Below, piece by piece: positions 34,749 to 44,148 of a stretch of DNA of 64,000 nt (the stretch's first letter is position 1; each line of letters starts with the position of its first letter). A program made the position numbers and the translations under genes. The notes below the pieces were generated by a model. It ran no database searches. It saw only the letters and a program-made list of their open reading frames with translations, and was not told the DNA's origin. This DNA is from Candidatus Zipacnadia bacterium (GTDB taxonomy: Bacteria > Armatimonadota > Zipacnadia > Zipacnadales > Zipacnadaceae): assembly GCA_029820565.1 (NCBI GenBank), contig JALGUR010000003.1, forward strand, positions 67,304-131,303, given 5' to 3'.

Positions 34749-36728
34749 ATGGCACTACGAAACCAATCGGCAGTAGCTGATAAGACTATAGCAGTGAAGT
34801 CATCCCTGTGGTATTGTCTATTCCCTCTCATTCTCTGTCTGATTGCTACGGCCTCAAGTGTGGCGTCAGCAGCGCCTACTGTGTCGGTCGTCGCTATCAA
34901 TGGGCGGACTGTGCCCTGTCAGCCGCCCGGAATCTGGCAACAGGATACTGTGTACCTGCCCGATGAGTTTCTGCGCCGGTTCTTGGGCATCCAGGTCATC
35001 AAAGACGCCGAGACGAGTAGTTGGCTGCTGCGAGCCTATGGTAAGACGCTACGGGTGCGGCCAGAGGAAACTGTATGCCGACTGGGCTATGAGGTATTGG
35101 AAACGTCAGCCGCGCCCCAACTTCGCCAGGAGCATCTGTATATCCCGTTGGGATTGGTAACTGAAGTCTTTGCCATTAGCCTCGCGAAGGACGAGGAACT
35201 TGAGCGTGGCGGTGACGTCCAACTGAGCGTGGCCCGGGCAGATGTAACTGACGTCAGATGTGGCTCGCATCCGGACAGAGCGCGGATAGTAATAGACCTG
35301 ACCGGGCCGGCTACTTACCTGTGGGGAATCGAAGACAGTACGGTACTTGTGGACATCGCGGGACGGCCGCAGGCGTCTGAGGGCCAGAGCCGTCTGCGCT
35401 TGCTCACCTTTGATGACGAATTGGTCACTCGCGTCAGCCAGTCGGTTACCGCCGATGGGTTTCATCGCATCGTTATTAGCCATAATAGTCCGGGTCCGGC
35501 CCATATCTTTACATTGACGGGACCTGACCGGATTGTTGTAGACATACCACGTCCTACTCCACCAACTCCGACTGAACCCGACACTGAACCTTCCCAACTT
35601 CAGCCGAAGCCGCTAATGTGGCAGGTTCGTAATTTCGGTACTCCCCGAGGGCCGGTGCAAGTTTATGTATTGAAAGTTGCTCCCCAGGAGGTGCGTCCGG
35701 CGCTGGCCGGGGTCACGGTCCACCAGCGTCGCTCCGTGCTGAGTATTGCTGGTCGGGAAGGGGCCCAGGCGGCCGTCAATGGCGGGTTTTATGCCCGGCA
35801 GGGTCTGCCGTTGGGCCTGGTGATGATTGATAGGGAGTGGATCAGGCCGCCACTACTGCGCCGGACTGCTTTGGGGATAACCTCTGATGGCGAGGTGCTG
35901 ATGGACAACTTGAGATTTGATGGTCGCCTCTATTTCAAAGGGCATGGCTATTTGCAACTGGACGGTCTTAATGAGGGCCACACCGATACCGATGGCGTGG
36001 CGGTATATAATAAGTGGTGGGGAAGACAACTGATAGGAAGCAACAGTTGCACCCGCTTAGCTGTCTCGGCTTCAGCAGGGGATGGGGAACTGGGCACTGG
36101 AAACAGCGACGGCACTGAAGCAGCAGATAATGAAGCCCAGGAAGAGGGTGACGGCCAGGATTCGGGATTATCATACTGCTGCCAGGGGGTAGTTGTGGCG
36201 AAGGCGAGTGACGGTGACGCGGTGGAAATTCCGCCTAATGGCTTTGTCATTTCGGGACGAGGCAAGCATGCTGAACTACTGGCCCGAATCGAGCCTGGAG
36301 AACAGGTGACTCTGAAACTTAATACTAAGCCGGCCTGGGAAGAAGTCTACCACGCTCTGGGGGCAGGCCCGAGACTGGTTAGAGATGGTAAGATTAGCAT
36401 AACTGCGCGTGCCGAGCGGTTTCGTCAGGATGTCACCAAGGGAATCTGCCCGCGCACCGCGGTCGGAGTTACCAAGCAGGGCGAACTACTGTTGGTAGCA
36501 GTAGAACCGGCGCCGGGCAGTGCGGCCCGAGGCATGAGTCTGGAAGAGGTGGCTACCACAATGCTGAAATTGGGAGCGTTACAGGCTATGAACCTGGATG
36601 GGGGCGGGTCTACTACGGTGGTGGAAGGCGACCGTGTCCTGAACCATCCTGCTGACGGCTGGCTGCGGCCAGTATCTAATGCCCTGGTGGTTATTGCCCC
36701 GCCACAACAGCCGGCCAGCAATGAGTAG
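34749..36728 (+). CDS. Phosphodiester glycosidase (NAGPA/DUF2233) family protein with N-terminal stalk and AMIN-like regions
   Basis: AVNGGFY and AMNLDGGGSTT motifs. Signal or anchor sequence. ATG 34749 is preferred because 34710-34748 overlaps a repeat. Confidence 0.78.
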   Translation: MALRNQSAVADKTIAVKSSLWYCLFPLILCLIATASSVASAAPTVSVVAINGRTVPCQPPGIWQQDTVYLPDEFLRRFLGIQVIKDAETSSWLLRAYGKTLRVRPEETVCRLGYEVLETSAAPQLRQEHLYIPLGLVTEVFAISLAKDEELERGGDVQLSVARADVTDVRCGSHPDRARIVIDLTGPATYLWGIEDSTVLVDIAGRPQASEGQSRLRLLTFDDELVTRVSQSVTADGFHRIVISHNSPGPAHIFTLTGPDRIVVDIPRPTPPTPTEPDTEPSQLQPKPLMWQVRNFGTPRGPVQVYVLKVAPQEVRPALAGVTVHQRRSVLSIAGREGAQAAVNGGFYARQGLPLGLVMIDREWIRPPLLRRTALGITSDGEVLMDNLRFDGRLYFKGHGYLQLDGLNEGHTDTDGVAVYNKWWGRQLIGSNSCTRLAVSASAGDGELGTGNSDGTEAADNEAQEEGDGQDSGLSYCCQGVVVAKASDGDAVEIPPNGFVISGRGKHAELLARIEPGEQVTLKLNTKPAWEEVYHALGAGPRLVRDGKISITARAERFRQDVTKGICPRTAVGVTKQGELLLVAVEPAPGSAARGMSLEEVATTMLKLGALQAMNLDGGGSTTVVEGDRVLNHPADGWLRPVSNALVVIAPPQQPASNE

Positions 36729-36817
36729 GGCTATGGGGCCCGCAGGCGGGCAGGCGACGGCGTGGGCTACGCTGCTGTGGGAGGGCCATCCTTGGTCCGA
36801 CTGCGGTGGTGGCACAT

Positions 36818-36954
36818 AACTGCAGTCGCGACAGGAATGTCGCTCCTACGAAGTTATAGCAACAACTGCAGTCGCGACAGGAATGTCGCTCCTACGAGGT
36901 TATAGCAACAACTGCAGTCGCGACAGGAATGTCGCTCCTACGAGGTTATAGCAA
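36818..36954. repeat. Tandem repeat, 3 x 46 bp
   Basis: Units begin at 36818, 36864 and 36910: AACTGCAGTCGCGACAGGAATGTCGCTCCTACGA(A/G)GTTATAGCAAC. Each contains the GCGACA/TGTCGC hairpin. There are no unique spacers. Confidence 0.85.
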
Positions 36955-36956
36955 AA

Positions 36957-37151
36957 TGTAGGGGCGAATGTACCTAAGCACATCCGCCTGCGTCTGGTCA
37001 GAGCAAGGATGCCCTTCCCACTGTGGATGATCGGTGGGCCGGGCTCGGTGCGCCGCCGTGACCTTGACGCGTAGGCGAGGTTCTCTAACCTCGCTCCGTT
37101 GTAAGTATTGACCAAGGGGGCAGGAGTTGGCTGCAATTTCCGCCCCTACAG
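36957..37151. repeat. ~195-bp element bounded by TGTAGGGGCG...CGCCCCTACAG inverted termini (copy Z)
   Basis: Same termini as copies X and Y. Internal hairpins (GGCGAATGT/ACATCCGCC, GGCGAGGTT/AACCTCGC). Confidence 0.55.
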
Positions 37152-37236
37152 GCGTCGCCGGCGATACAAGCCGGCAGGCACAGCAAGGACGCCCCGGGGA
37201 CACCTGATGGGGGCTATAGTGCGTTTATCTATATGA

Positions 37237-40035
37237 GTGCGAACGATGGATAGCCGAAGGTTAGTGAAACTCTGCGGCCTGGCGCTGATAGTATTACTCA
37301 CCGGCTGTGGCCGGTGGGGGGCGGCTCGTCATAACCGCCAGCATTATGCGCTTACCGAAAAAGAACTGGTTACTGCGTACCCTTGGTTAGACGAGTTTAT
37401 TCCCGCCTGGCAACAGGAGGTCGACTTTGCGGCCGGCAATATCCCCGGCTACTCAGACTTGGGTTGTTTCCCCGTGGGCAATGGTTACGTCTTTGCCTAC
37501 GAAGGACTGAAGTATCCTCTGGGCACTATAGACAATATCATCGGCCCTGAATATCAAAAATCGGGCGGCTTTTTCGGCGAAGTCATACCTGCACTTGTAG
37601 TCCACAATCACCCCGTCGCCTGGAGCCAGCAGAGCATAAAATGGATAAAGCCAGCGGGCATTGTCACCATCCATTCCGTTGCGGAAAGTGGCTTGGGTTT
37701 GACCACCTATGACTTCGCCTGTGCCGACTTGCCTGCTTTGGTGAGAGTAGTGGTGGCGACGAACAATGGCGAGAGACCTCAGCCCTCGGTGGCCGTGGCC
37801 CTGACTTTCACCACGCCTGCCGCCGAAGAAATTGCCGGTGATATTCTTATCACTCGCGGGGACCGGCGCATGCGCTGTGGAGCTCTGGGCACCAAGGCCA
37901 TTGTCAGCGAGGAAGTTGTGATCCCTGAATTACCCGCCGAATTGGAGCGGCAGATTCGTCCGACTACATTGGGAGATATAGGCACCTCGTGGCGATGTGA
38001 ATTGGGGGCGCTTGAACCTGGAGAGAGTGTGGCCAAACTAACATATCTCATATTCAGCACTTCCCCGACTGACGAGCAAGACACATTGAATCAAATCTCA
38101 CGGCGCGGCTTTGACCTGCTTGACGATGCCCATCAGTACTGGTGCGACTGGCACAATCGTACCACTTGCGTGGAATGCTCGGATGAGAAAGTGGCGGCGC
38201 TACTGGATATTGAAAAATATCTGTGTGCGATTCAGCAGGCCTACGAAGGTGGCTTCTCGCCTATGGATGGCTACAGTTACACGTGGGTTCGCGACAGCAA
38301 TGGGCCCATCCGCTATCTGCTGGCCTGCGGGGAGTTTGAAGCCGTCAAGCGGCACCTGGAATATCATTTCAAGGGCTGTGCCCAGCAGCAGCGTATCGGC
38401 AATAATCTGCCCCTGGACCTGCAATTTGAGGAGGAGACTGTTCAGCCGGATTGGAGCGAGGTGCCAGTAGACCGGGCCGAGGTGCCCAGTTTTGTCATAT
38501 TACAGCACTACTGGTATTATAAATACACTGGCGACCTGGACTTGATAGAAAGACACTGGCCCTATTTGGTCCGCTGTCTGAAGGGCCAGCAGGTAGACGA
38601 GCGCGGTACGCTGCCCTTCCACGGCGATGAGACCTACCGCTTCCCCGGCTATCAATTATTCAACGCCGGCCGCGACGCCAGTGACTATGTCAGCCTGGAA
38701 GCCTGCTCGGCGGATTCGGCCTTTGAGTATGTGGCCGCCGCGGAGGCCCTGGCGCGGATGGCCACTGCTCGCGACAGAAGTGATGAAGCCCAGGAATATC
38801 AAGGCTCGGCCCGATCAGTGCGACGGGCCACCGAGCGGCTCTATTGGCAGGGGCAGGTGGACGACGGTTTCTATGCCCCGGCGATGTCGGACTTCTCCTC
38901 TCAGGTGCACCGCTATCCCTTTGCGCCGATCAATATGCGCCCGCTATGGATAGGGTATGCCGAGGCTGACGAGCGTCAGGAAAGTAACGTGCTCAATGCC
39001 CTCAAGTATTTGTGGAAAGAGGAAGGCACGGTCACTCTCACGCCCTCCTTTGGCTACTATGTGCCCATGACTGTCGGCTATGTGCTGTACAATCTGGCCG
39101 AAATTGGGCATCCATCGGCCCGGCGAGCTCTGGAGGGGGTCCTCCGTGCTGCGGAATGCTCTGGTGGCTACGCCGAGATGAATGAGCCCAATGACCGACC
39201 CAGTGATGAGGTCTGGGGTCAAAACCGTGTCCGGCCCTGGGAAGGCGGCATCAATGCCCAGGCGATATTGCATTATCTGACCGGCCTTAAGGCTGATGCG
39301 CCTCAGGCCAAGGTCTCCTTGCGTCCCTGGATGCCGCAGTCGTGGGAGTGGCTGAAGGTCAGTAATCTGCGCGTCGGCGACTTCCGCCTGCGCCTGGAAG
39401 TGGACCGGCAGCGCTGTGTGGTAACGCGGGACGATGATAGTGACAAGGTTCTGACCCTGGACCTGACTGTGCCGCTGTACGGCAAACTGTCCCGGTTGGC
39501 CGGCAATTGGCAGGAGCATTCGGGTCGCCAAGCGGCGTCCTTTAGCCGCTACGGGCAGCATTGGGTGCGCATTGACCATATAGAACTGGAGCCCCATGGG
39601 ACGGTGAGCGTGCTCCCGGAGTATGCCCGGGAACTGCTGATGCCCGAGACAACACTGCCTGAGGCGATGCCCTTTGAATACGGTCCGCCTGAAATCAGCG
39701 GCTCGGCCCAGGTGCTGCTGCTCACATGGAGCAAAGAGACCGCCGAGGAATACCGCAACGAATACGGCTCGCGCCTGGCGACGCTCGATACGAAGATAGC
39801 CTTCCCGCCGGAGTTTCTGCGGGCGGCGCTGGTGAGGGCTGATGGCTCGCGCCGCGTGGATACAGTAATTCTGGACGTGAGCGAGTATTCGGGAGCTTTC
39901 AAACGGCCAGGGTTCTGGCAGGACGGGCCGGGTGGCAAAATACTGGCCGAGTTCAAAGAGGCCGGTGGGGAGGTCTTAAAGCCGAAGATTGTCCGCCAGA
40001 TGCCCCGCTCCCCGTGGGGCCTACAACGGAAATAG
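37237..40035 (+). CDS. Large lipoprotein with GH15-like (alpha/alpha)6 glycoside hydrolase region
   Basis: Lipobox LLTGC. YSYTWVRDS is a GH15-type WxRD motif. The family call is moderate. Confidence 0.7.
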   Translation: MRTMDSRRLVKLCGLALIVLLTGCGRWGAARHNRQHYALTEKELVTAYPWLDEFIPAWQQEVDFAAGNIPGYSDLGCFPVGNGYVFAYEGLKYPLGTIDNIIGPEYQKSGGFFGEVIPALVVHNHPVAWSQQSIKWIKPAGIVTIHSVAESGLGLTTYDFACADLPALVRVVVATNNGERPQPSVAVALTFTTPAAEEIAGDILITRGDRRMRCGALGTKAIVSEEVVIPELPAELERQIRPTTLGDIGTSWRCELGALEPGESVAKLTYLIFSTSPTDEQDTLNQISRRGFDLLDDAHQYWCDWHNRTTCVECSDEKVAALLDIEKYLCAIQQAYEGGFSPMDGYSYTWVRDSNGPIRYLLACGEFEAVKRHLEYHFKGCAQQQRIGNNLPLDLQFEEETVQPDWSEVPVDRAEVPSFVILQHYWYYKYTGDLDLIERHWPYLVRCLKGQQVDERGTLPFHGDETYRFPGYQLFNAGRDASDYVSLEACSADSAFEYVAAAEALARMATARDRSDEAQEYQGSARSVRRATERLYWQGQVDDGFYAPAMSDFSSQVHRYPFAPINMRPLWIGYAEADERQESNVLNALKYLWKEEGTVTLTPSFGYYVPMTVGYVLYNLAEIGHPSARRALEGVLRAAECSGGYAEMNEPNDRPSDEVWGQNRVRPWEGGINAQAILHYLTGLKADAPQAKVSLRPWMPQSWEWLKVSNLRVGDFRLRLEVDRQRCVVTRDDDSDKVLTLDLTVPLYGKLSRLAGNWQEHSGRQAASFSRYGQHWVRIDHIELEPHGTVSVLPEYARELLMPETTLPEAMPFEYGPPEISGSAQVLLLTWSKETAEEYRNEYGSRLATLDTKIAFPPEFLRAALVRADGSRRVDTVILDVSEYSGAFKRPGFWQDGPGGKILAEFKEAGGEVLKPKIVRQMPRSPWGLQRK

Positions 40036-40062
40036 GGCAATTACGCCATAAACGACATTTGC

Positions 40063-40097
40063 GGGGAACCCCTCTTTTGAAAAAGAGTGGCTTCCCC
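40063..40097. terminator. Hairpin between convergent genes (possible bidirectional terminator)
   Basis: GGGGAA...CTCTTTTGAAAAAGAG...TTCCCC is a nested palindrome between the GH15-like (+) and RDD (-) stops. Confidence 0.45.
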
Positions 40098-40189
40098 ACA
40101 CCCCTCCGCAGAAAACTTTCAAATCGTAGGAGAACCGGGCGCGGCCGGATTATGGTTGCGCTCTGTCCACTGCCCACTATCTGTGTCGT

Positions 40190-40738
40190 CTACGGCGTGT
40201 ATATCACCCGCGTGTCCACGATCTGGTCGTGCCAGCCGCGGTACTCGGGGTTGAAGGCCACCGAGAGGAACATCAAGGAGCACGTGCAGTTACCCAAAAT
40301 ACCTTTGATAAGGTAGCGGGCCAGGGCAATGCCATAACCGATGGGGCTACCATCAGCCCGCACAATCTTAATGTGCACTGCCATCTTGCCCAGGGTGGCC
40401 CCCCAGGTGCCATTCATAATTACATAGTACAGCAGCCCTATGCCCGCAGGCAGAAACTGAGCCATAATCATAAACGGATCCGCTGGTGTATCCGCCGCCA
40501 ATCCCTCCCAAATTGCGGATCCTCCGGCAAGGCCAAACACTACCAGTCCACTAGGCACCATCAATATCAGCCCGTCAATCAAGGCAGCGGCCACGCGGAT
40601 CCAGAAGCCCGCATTGTTGAACTGCATAGGAACGGCGGGGCTCAGCGGCGGTGGTGGAGCGGGCCGGACCGCAACGGGTGGCACGGGTGGTGCGGGTGGC
40701 GCAGGTCTGCCTTCGGCTGGCTGGCGCAGCGGGGGCAC
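40190..40738 (-). CDS. RDD-family membrane protein with Pro-rich N-terminus
   Basis: FWIRVAAALIDGLIL...RADGSPIGYGIALARYL...WHD is the RDD pattern. Apparent GTG start, with an in-frame TGA two codons upstream. Confidence 0.8.
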   Translation of the reverse strand: MPPLRQPAEGRPAPPAPPVPPVAVRPAPPPPLSPAVPMQFNNAGFWIRVAAALIDGLILMVPSGLVVFGLAGGSAIWEGLAADTPADPFMIMAQFLPAGIGLLYYVIMNGTWGATLGKMAVHIKIVRADGSPIGYGIALARYLIKGILGNCTCSLMFLSVAFNPEYRGWHDQIVDTRVIYTP

Positions 40739-40827
40739 TCTTCATCGAACGGCCCCAGGGCATATCCGCATTTGGGGCAAGTCCGTGGACGCGGCGGGGT
40801 GGTCTCACTATTACTCACAGTTATCAC
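40642..40827 (-). other. Zinc-ribbon ORF, frame-shifted relative to the downstream RDD ORF
   Basis: CPKCGYALGPFDEECPRC zinc ribbon. It overlaps the RDD ORF by 97 nt in a different frame. It looks like the detached N-terminal module of a zinc-ribbon-RDD fusion. Confidence 0.5.
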
Positions 40828-40868
40828 CTTCTTCGCTCATCCCCTCCCGTCTGGGTTTCGGTGAGGGG

Positions 40869-42068
40869 TTAGGGGCGAGATAGTGACGCCGATGGCCAGA
40901 GTGGCGCCGGTGTGCTGGTCACGCCTAAAGTCAGGTAGGGCAAGTAGTCGTCAGCGAACTGCTGGTTATAGTTGAATACCACGAAGCCAGAGGCGCCGGC
41001 GCCCCGGGCGATGAGGATTTGGTCCACCAGTTGCTGCGGGCCATCAAACTGGCAAGCATCACTAAACGGGCCCAAGCCCGCCACCAGTGGTACCTGACCC
41101 GCCACCAGTTCCTGTTGCTGCCGCAGCCAGCCGGTGAATCTCATTATATCGGCAGTATAATTCATAGGGCAGATAAAATCAACCAGACCTTGCTGCGCCC
41201 ACGCGGTTGCATCCTGGCCGAATCTTTCTTTGGCTGACGGCCAGTCAGGAAAGGCAGCGGCTGATACAGCAATGTGGGGCCGGATAGACTTGACCGCCGT
41301 CGCAATCTCGGCCACCAGGCTGGTAATTTGCTGCTGGCGCCACTGAATGAAGGCATCTTTATAGGGCCCTGAGATTACCTCCTGCGGCCACCTCACCCCT
41401 GGCCCCTCTCCGTTGCGGAGAGGGGAATGGGGTGAAGCCCCAAAAGTATCATGAATGAACTTACGCCGGCAATGCTCACAATAGCAGCAGTCACGGTGGG
41501 GATAACGAATATAGTCAAGTTGCAATCCCGCCACGGGATAATTGCGCACTATCTCCAAGGCCACGCCTATTAACTGCTCGCGATTATAAGGATTGGTAGG
41601 ACATAGCCAGGGGAGAGTATCACCGCCGGAGGTGCGCATCAGGCGGCCCTGGGCGGCGAGCCGCGCTTTAGTCTGCTCGGAAGCAAACAACGCCTCCAGC
41701 ACCAGCATACGGGCGTGGACCTGAATGCCATACTTGTAGCCGGCGGTGGTGGCTTCAGCGAGATAATCGTGTGAGGCGGCTTTCTCCGAAACTGGCAGTA
41801 TATGGCTGGGATAATAAGCCACTCCGGCACTACACATATAGGGAAAGACCGCGTTGAAGTTGGCTTGATGAAGACTCTGGATAGTCTGCTCCCAGTTGGG
41901 GATGCCATAGTAGTGGGCCCATACGGCGCGCAACTCGTAGGTATAGGCAGGACGCAGGCCGGGAGAGGCTGCTAAAGTGACTGAGAGGGGTAGAGTGCAA
42001 GTCAACAGGCTCAACGCAGCGACAAGTGAACAGTGCCTTAGTTGTGGGGACAAGGAGAATATGTTCAT
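40869..42068 (-). CDS. GHL10/UPF0748 (YngK/YddW-like) glycoside-hydrolase-like protein, secreted
   Basis: ELRAVWAHYYG...ANFNAVFPYMCSAGVAYYPS pattern. Signal peptide from ATG 42068; the longer ORF to 42191 overlaps the ABC gene. Confidence 0.75.
   Translation of the reverse strand: MNIFSLSPQLRHCSLVAALSLLTCTLPLSVTLAASPGLRPAYTYELRAVWAHYYGIPNWEQTIQSLHQANFNAVFPYMCSAGVAYYPSHILPVSEKAASHDYLAEATTAGYKYGIQVHARMLVLEALFASEQTKARLAAQGRLMRTSGGDTLPWLCPTNPYNREQLIGVALEIVRNYPVAGLQLDYIRYPHRDCCYCEHCRRKFIHDTFGASPHSPLRNGEGPGVRWPQEVISGPYKDAFIQWRQQQITSLVAEIATAVKSIRPHIAVSAAAFPDWPSAKERFGQDATAWAQQGLVDFICPMNYTADIMRFTGWLRQQQELVAGQVPLVAGLGPFSDACQFDGPQQLVDQILIARGAGASGFVVFNYNQQFADDYLPYLTLGVTSTPAPLWPSASLSRP
41393..41435. repeat. 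43-bp nested palindrome inside the GHL10-like CDS
   Basis: TCACCCC-tgg-CCCCTCTCC-gttgc-GGAGAGGGG-aat-GGGGTGA. It encodes SPHSPLRNGEGPGVR in frame. Confidence 0.7.
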
Positions 42069-42099
42069 ATTGCAGTCTGAACAGTGGCCCGGGCCTCGA

Positions 42100-43920
42100 T
42101 TAGGTGGAACGGGCTGGCTGGCCGTCCTTAGCGGCGTACTCGTCCATTTTTCGTTGGGCCTGCTTAAACTGCACTTCACATAATTTCTCATACACTCCGC
42201 CGGCTGTGGCTAACTCGGCATGAGTGCCCTCTTCGACTATTTCCCCTTCGTCCAGTACCAGGATGCGGTCGGCATTGATCACCGTAGAGAGCCGATGAGC
42301 GATAATGAAAGTAGTGCGGTTTTGCATCAGATGCTCTAAGGCCTCTTGGATGAGGGCCTCGGACTCCGAGTCCAGGTCGGAGGTAGCTTCGTCCAAGATA
42401 AGTATGCGCGGATTGCCTAAAATAGCGCGAGCAATGGTGATACGCTGGCGCTGGCCGCCGGACAGACGGGCGCCGCGCTCCCCGACCCGGCTCTCGTAGC
42501 CGTCGGGGAATTCCATAATAAAATCGTGAGCGTTAGCAGCAATAGCGGCTTGCACTACCTCTTCATCGGTAGCGTCGGGTTGGCCATACTTTATATTCTC
42601 GCGCAGAGTCCCGGCGAATAAGAAACTCTCCTGCATCACCATTCCTATTTGCTGGCGCAGGTTGGTCAGAGAGATGTCTCTGAGGTCGTGGCCGTCAATC
42701 AGTATTTGGCCCGAGGTAGGGTCATAGAATCGGGGTATCAGGTGGACCAGGGTGGTCTTACCGCCCCCGGAAGGCCCGACCAGCGCAATGACCTCGCCGG
42801 GTTGAGCCACCAAGTTAATGTCCCTCAGCACCGGCTCGGTAGGTTCGTACGCAAAGTCTATATGACGCATCTCCACTTTGCCCTTTACCGTGCGCAGTCG
42901 TATCGGCTCCTTGGCTTCCTGGACACTGGGCACGGTATCCAGGCTTTCGAAGATGCGTTCCACGGCGGCGGTGGCCCAATTGATGATATCACTAATGTAA
43001 ACCAGGAGAATAACAGGTCCATACAACATTCCCACATACGCGCGAAACGCCACCAACATCCCAATGGTCAAGTCACCAATGTAAAGAATATGGTAACAGC
43101 CCATGGCCAATATCGCTAAATTGGCCGCTTGAGTAATAAAATTAGCATTGACGCGGAGGATAGTACGCCAGCGGCCCAGGTTAATATTGAGGGATATGCT
43201 CTGGCGAATTTCCTTCACGAAGCGGCGGGCTTCCCATTGTTCCCGGGCAAATGACTTGATAACGCGAATCCCGGAGATGGATTCGGAGAGGGTAGCGTAG
43301 ACCTGCGAGTACTGGTTGCGGGCCTCATGCGCGAGGTGTCGGATGCGACGGCGCAACAGCATAAAGTTAAGCATGTATATGGGCAGAGCTACCGTGGCGA
43401 CTATAGCCAATTGCCAATTTATGCTATACAATATAATCAGTGCCACCACTATTGTGACGAAGTTAGTTATAATCTCGACAAGTTGATCACTGAGAATGCT
43501 TTGTACGGCCTCCACGTCGTACAACACTCGGGCCATAATCCAGCCGCTGGGGTTAGTCTCAAAGTATCGCAAGGAGAGCCGCTGGATATGGCGAAACAGG
43601 CGCTGGCGGATATCAAAAACGATGCGGTTGCCGACCACCAGGAGCAATAAGCCACGCGCGTAGCTGACCATCCACTGAGCCAGGTATATTCCGCCCAGTA
43701 CTGAACAGATAACAGTTATAAAGTGAGTAATCTCAGGACGAGCCCCCGGCTTCTGGGCTGAACTCAGGGCATAGAAAACTGTCAATTTGTCTATTATCAC
43801 GCCGAATATGAGCGGCAACAGCATACCTAACCCGGTGGCCAGAAATACCAGCAACACTGCCGTAACTATTTGCCACTTATAGCGCCGCCCAAATTGTAGT
43901 AGTCTAATGAATAACGACAT
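42100..43920 (-). CDS. ABC transporter, fused permease/ATPase (MsbA-like exporter)
   Basis: Six-TM N-terminal half. Walker A GPSGGGKTT, signature LSGGQRQR, Walker B ILILDEATS. Confidence 0.95.
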   Translation of the reverse strand: MSLFIRLLQFGRRYKWQIVTAVLLVFLATGLGMLLPLIFGVIIDKLTVFYALSSAQKPGARPEITHFITVICSVLGGIYLAQWMVSYARGLLLLVVGNRIVFDIRQRLFRHIQRLSLRYFETNPSGWIMARVLYDVEAVQSILSDQLVEIITNFVTIVVALIILYSINWQLAIVATVALPIYMLNFMLLRRRIRHLAHEARNQYSQVYATLSESISGIRVIKSFAREQWEARRFVKEIRQSISLNINLGRWRTILRVNANFITQAANLAILAMGCYHILYIGDLTIGMLVAFRAYVGMLYGPVILLVYISDIINWATAAVERIFESLDTVPSVQEAKEPIRLRTVKGKVEMRHIDFAYEPTEPVLRDINLVAQPGEVIALVGPSGGGKTTLVHLIPRFYDPTSGQILIDGHDLRDISLTNLRQQIGMVMQESFLFAGTLRENIKYGQPDATDEEVVQAAIAANAHDFIMEFPDGYESRVGERGARLSGGQRQRITIARAILGNPRILILDEATSDLDSESEALIQEALEHLMQNRTTFIIAHRLSTVINADRILVLDEGEIVEEGTHAELATAGGVYEKLCEVQFKQAQRKMDEYAAKDGQPARST

Positions 43921-43972
43921 TGCCGGTCACACAACTCCTGTCATTCACTTACTTGCGCAGCCAATTGGAAGT

Positions 43973-44000
43973 ATTATAGCCATCCACAGAGGTTTGTCAA
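43973..44000 (-). promoter_or_regulatory. Sigma70 promoter of the ABC exporter gene
   Basis: Minus strand: TTGACA (44000-43995), 16 nt, TATAAT (43978-43973). Confidence 0.6.
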
Positions 44001-44048
44001 ACGTCGTAGGTAAGCCGAATTGGGGTTAAGTTAGTCGGCAAATAAATT

Positions 44049-44071
44049 AGGGACACTGCGCGGCAGTGTCC
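44049..44071 (-). terminator. Rho-independent terminator after the response regulator gene
   Basis: 10-bp perfect stem GGGACACTGC/GCAGTGTCCC with a 3-nt loop, followed on the minus strand by TAATTTATTT. Confidence 0.7.
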
Positions 44072-44148
44072 CCAGCGAAGCTTTCAATATCATATTGGTC
44101 GGCAGGCTATGCGCCGCTCGGCGCACTCGCGGGCAACTCGGCCGCCGG

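Noticed and set aside
36818-36954. A regular 46-bp periodicity that at first glance looks like a CRISPR array.
   Set aside because: The whole 46-bp unit repeats almost identically, so there are no unique spacers. There are only three units and no cas genes in the window. The unit contains a hairpin found singly elsewhere. It is therefore called a tandem REP-type repeat.
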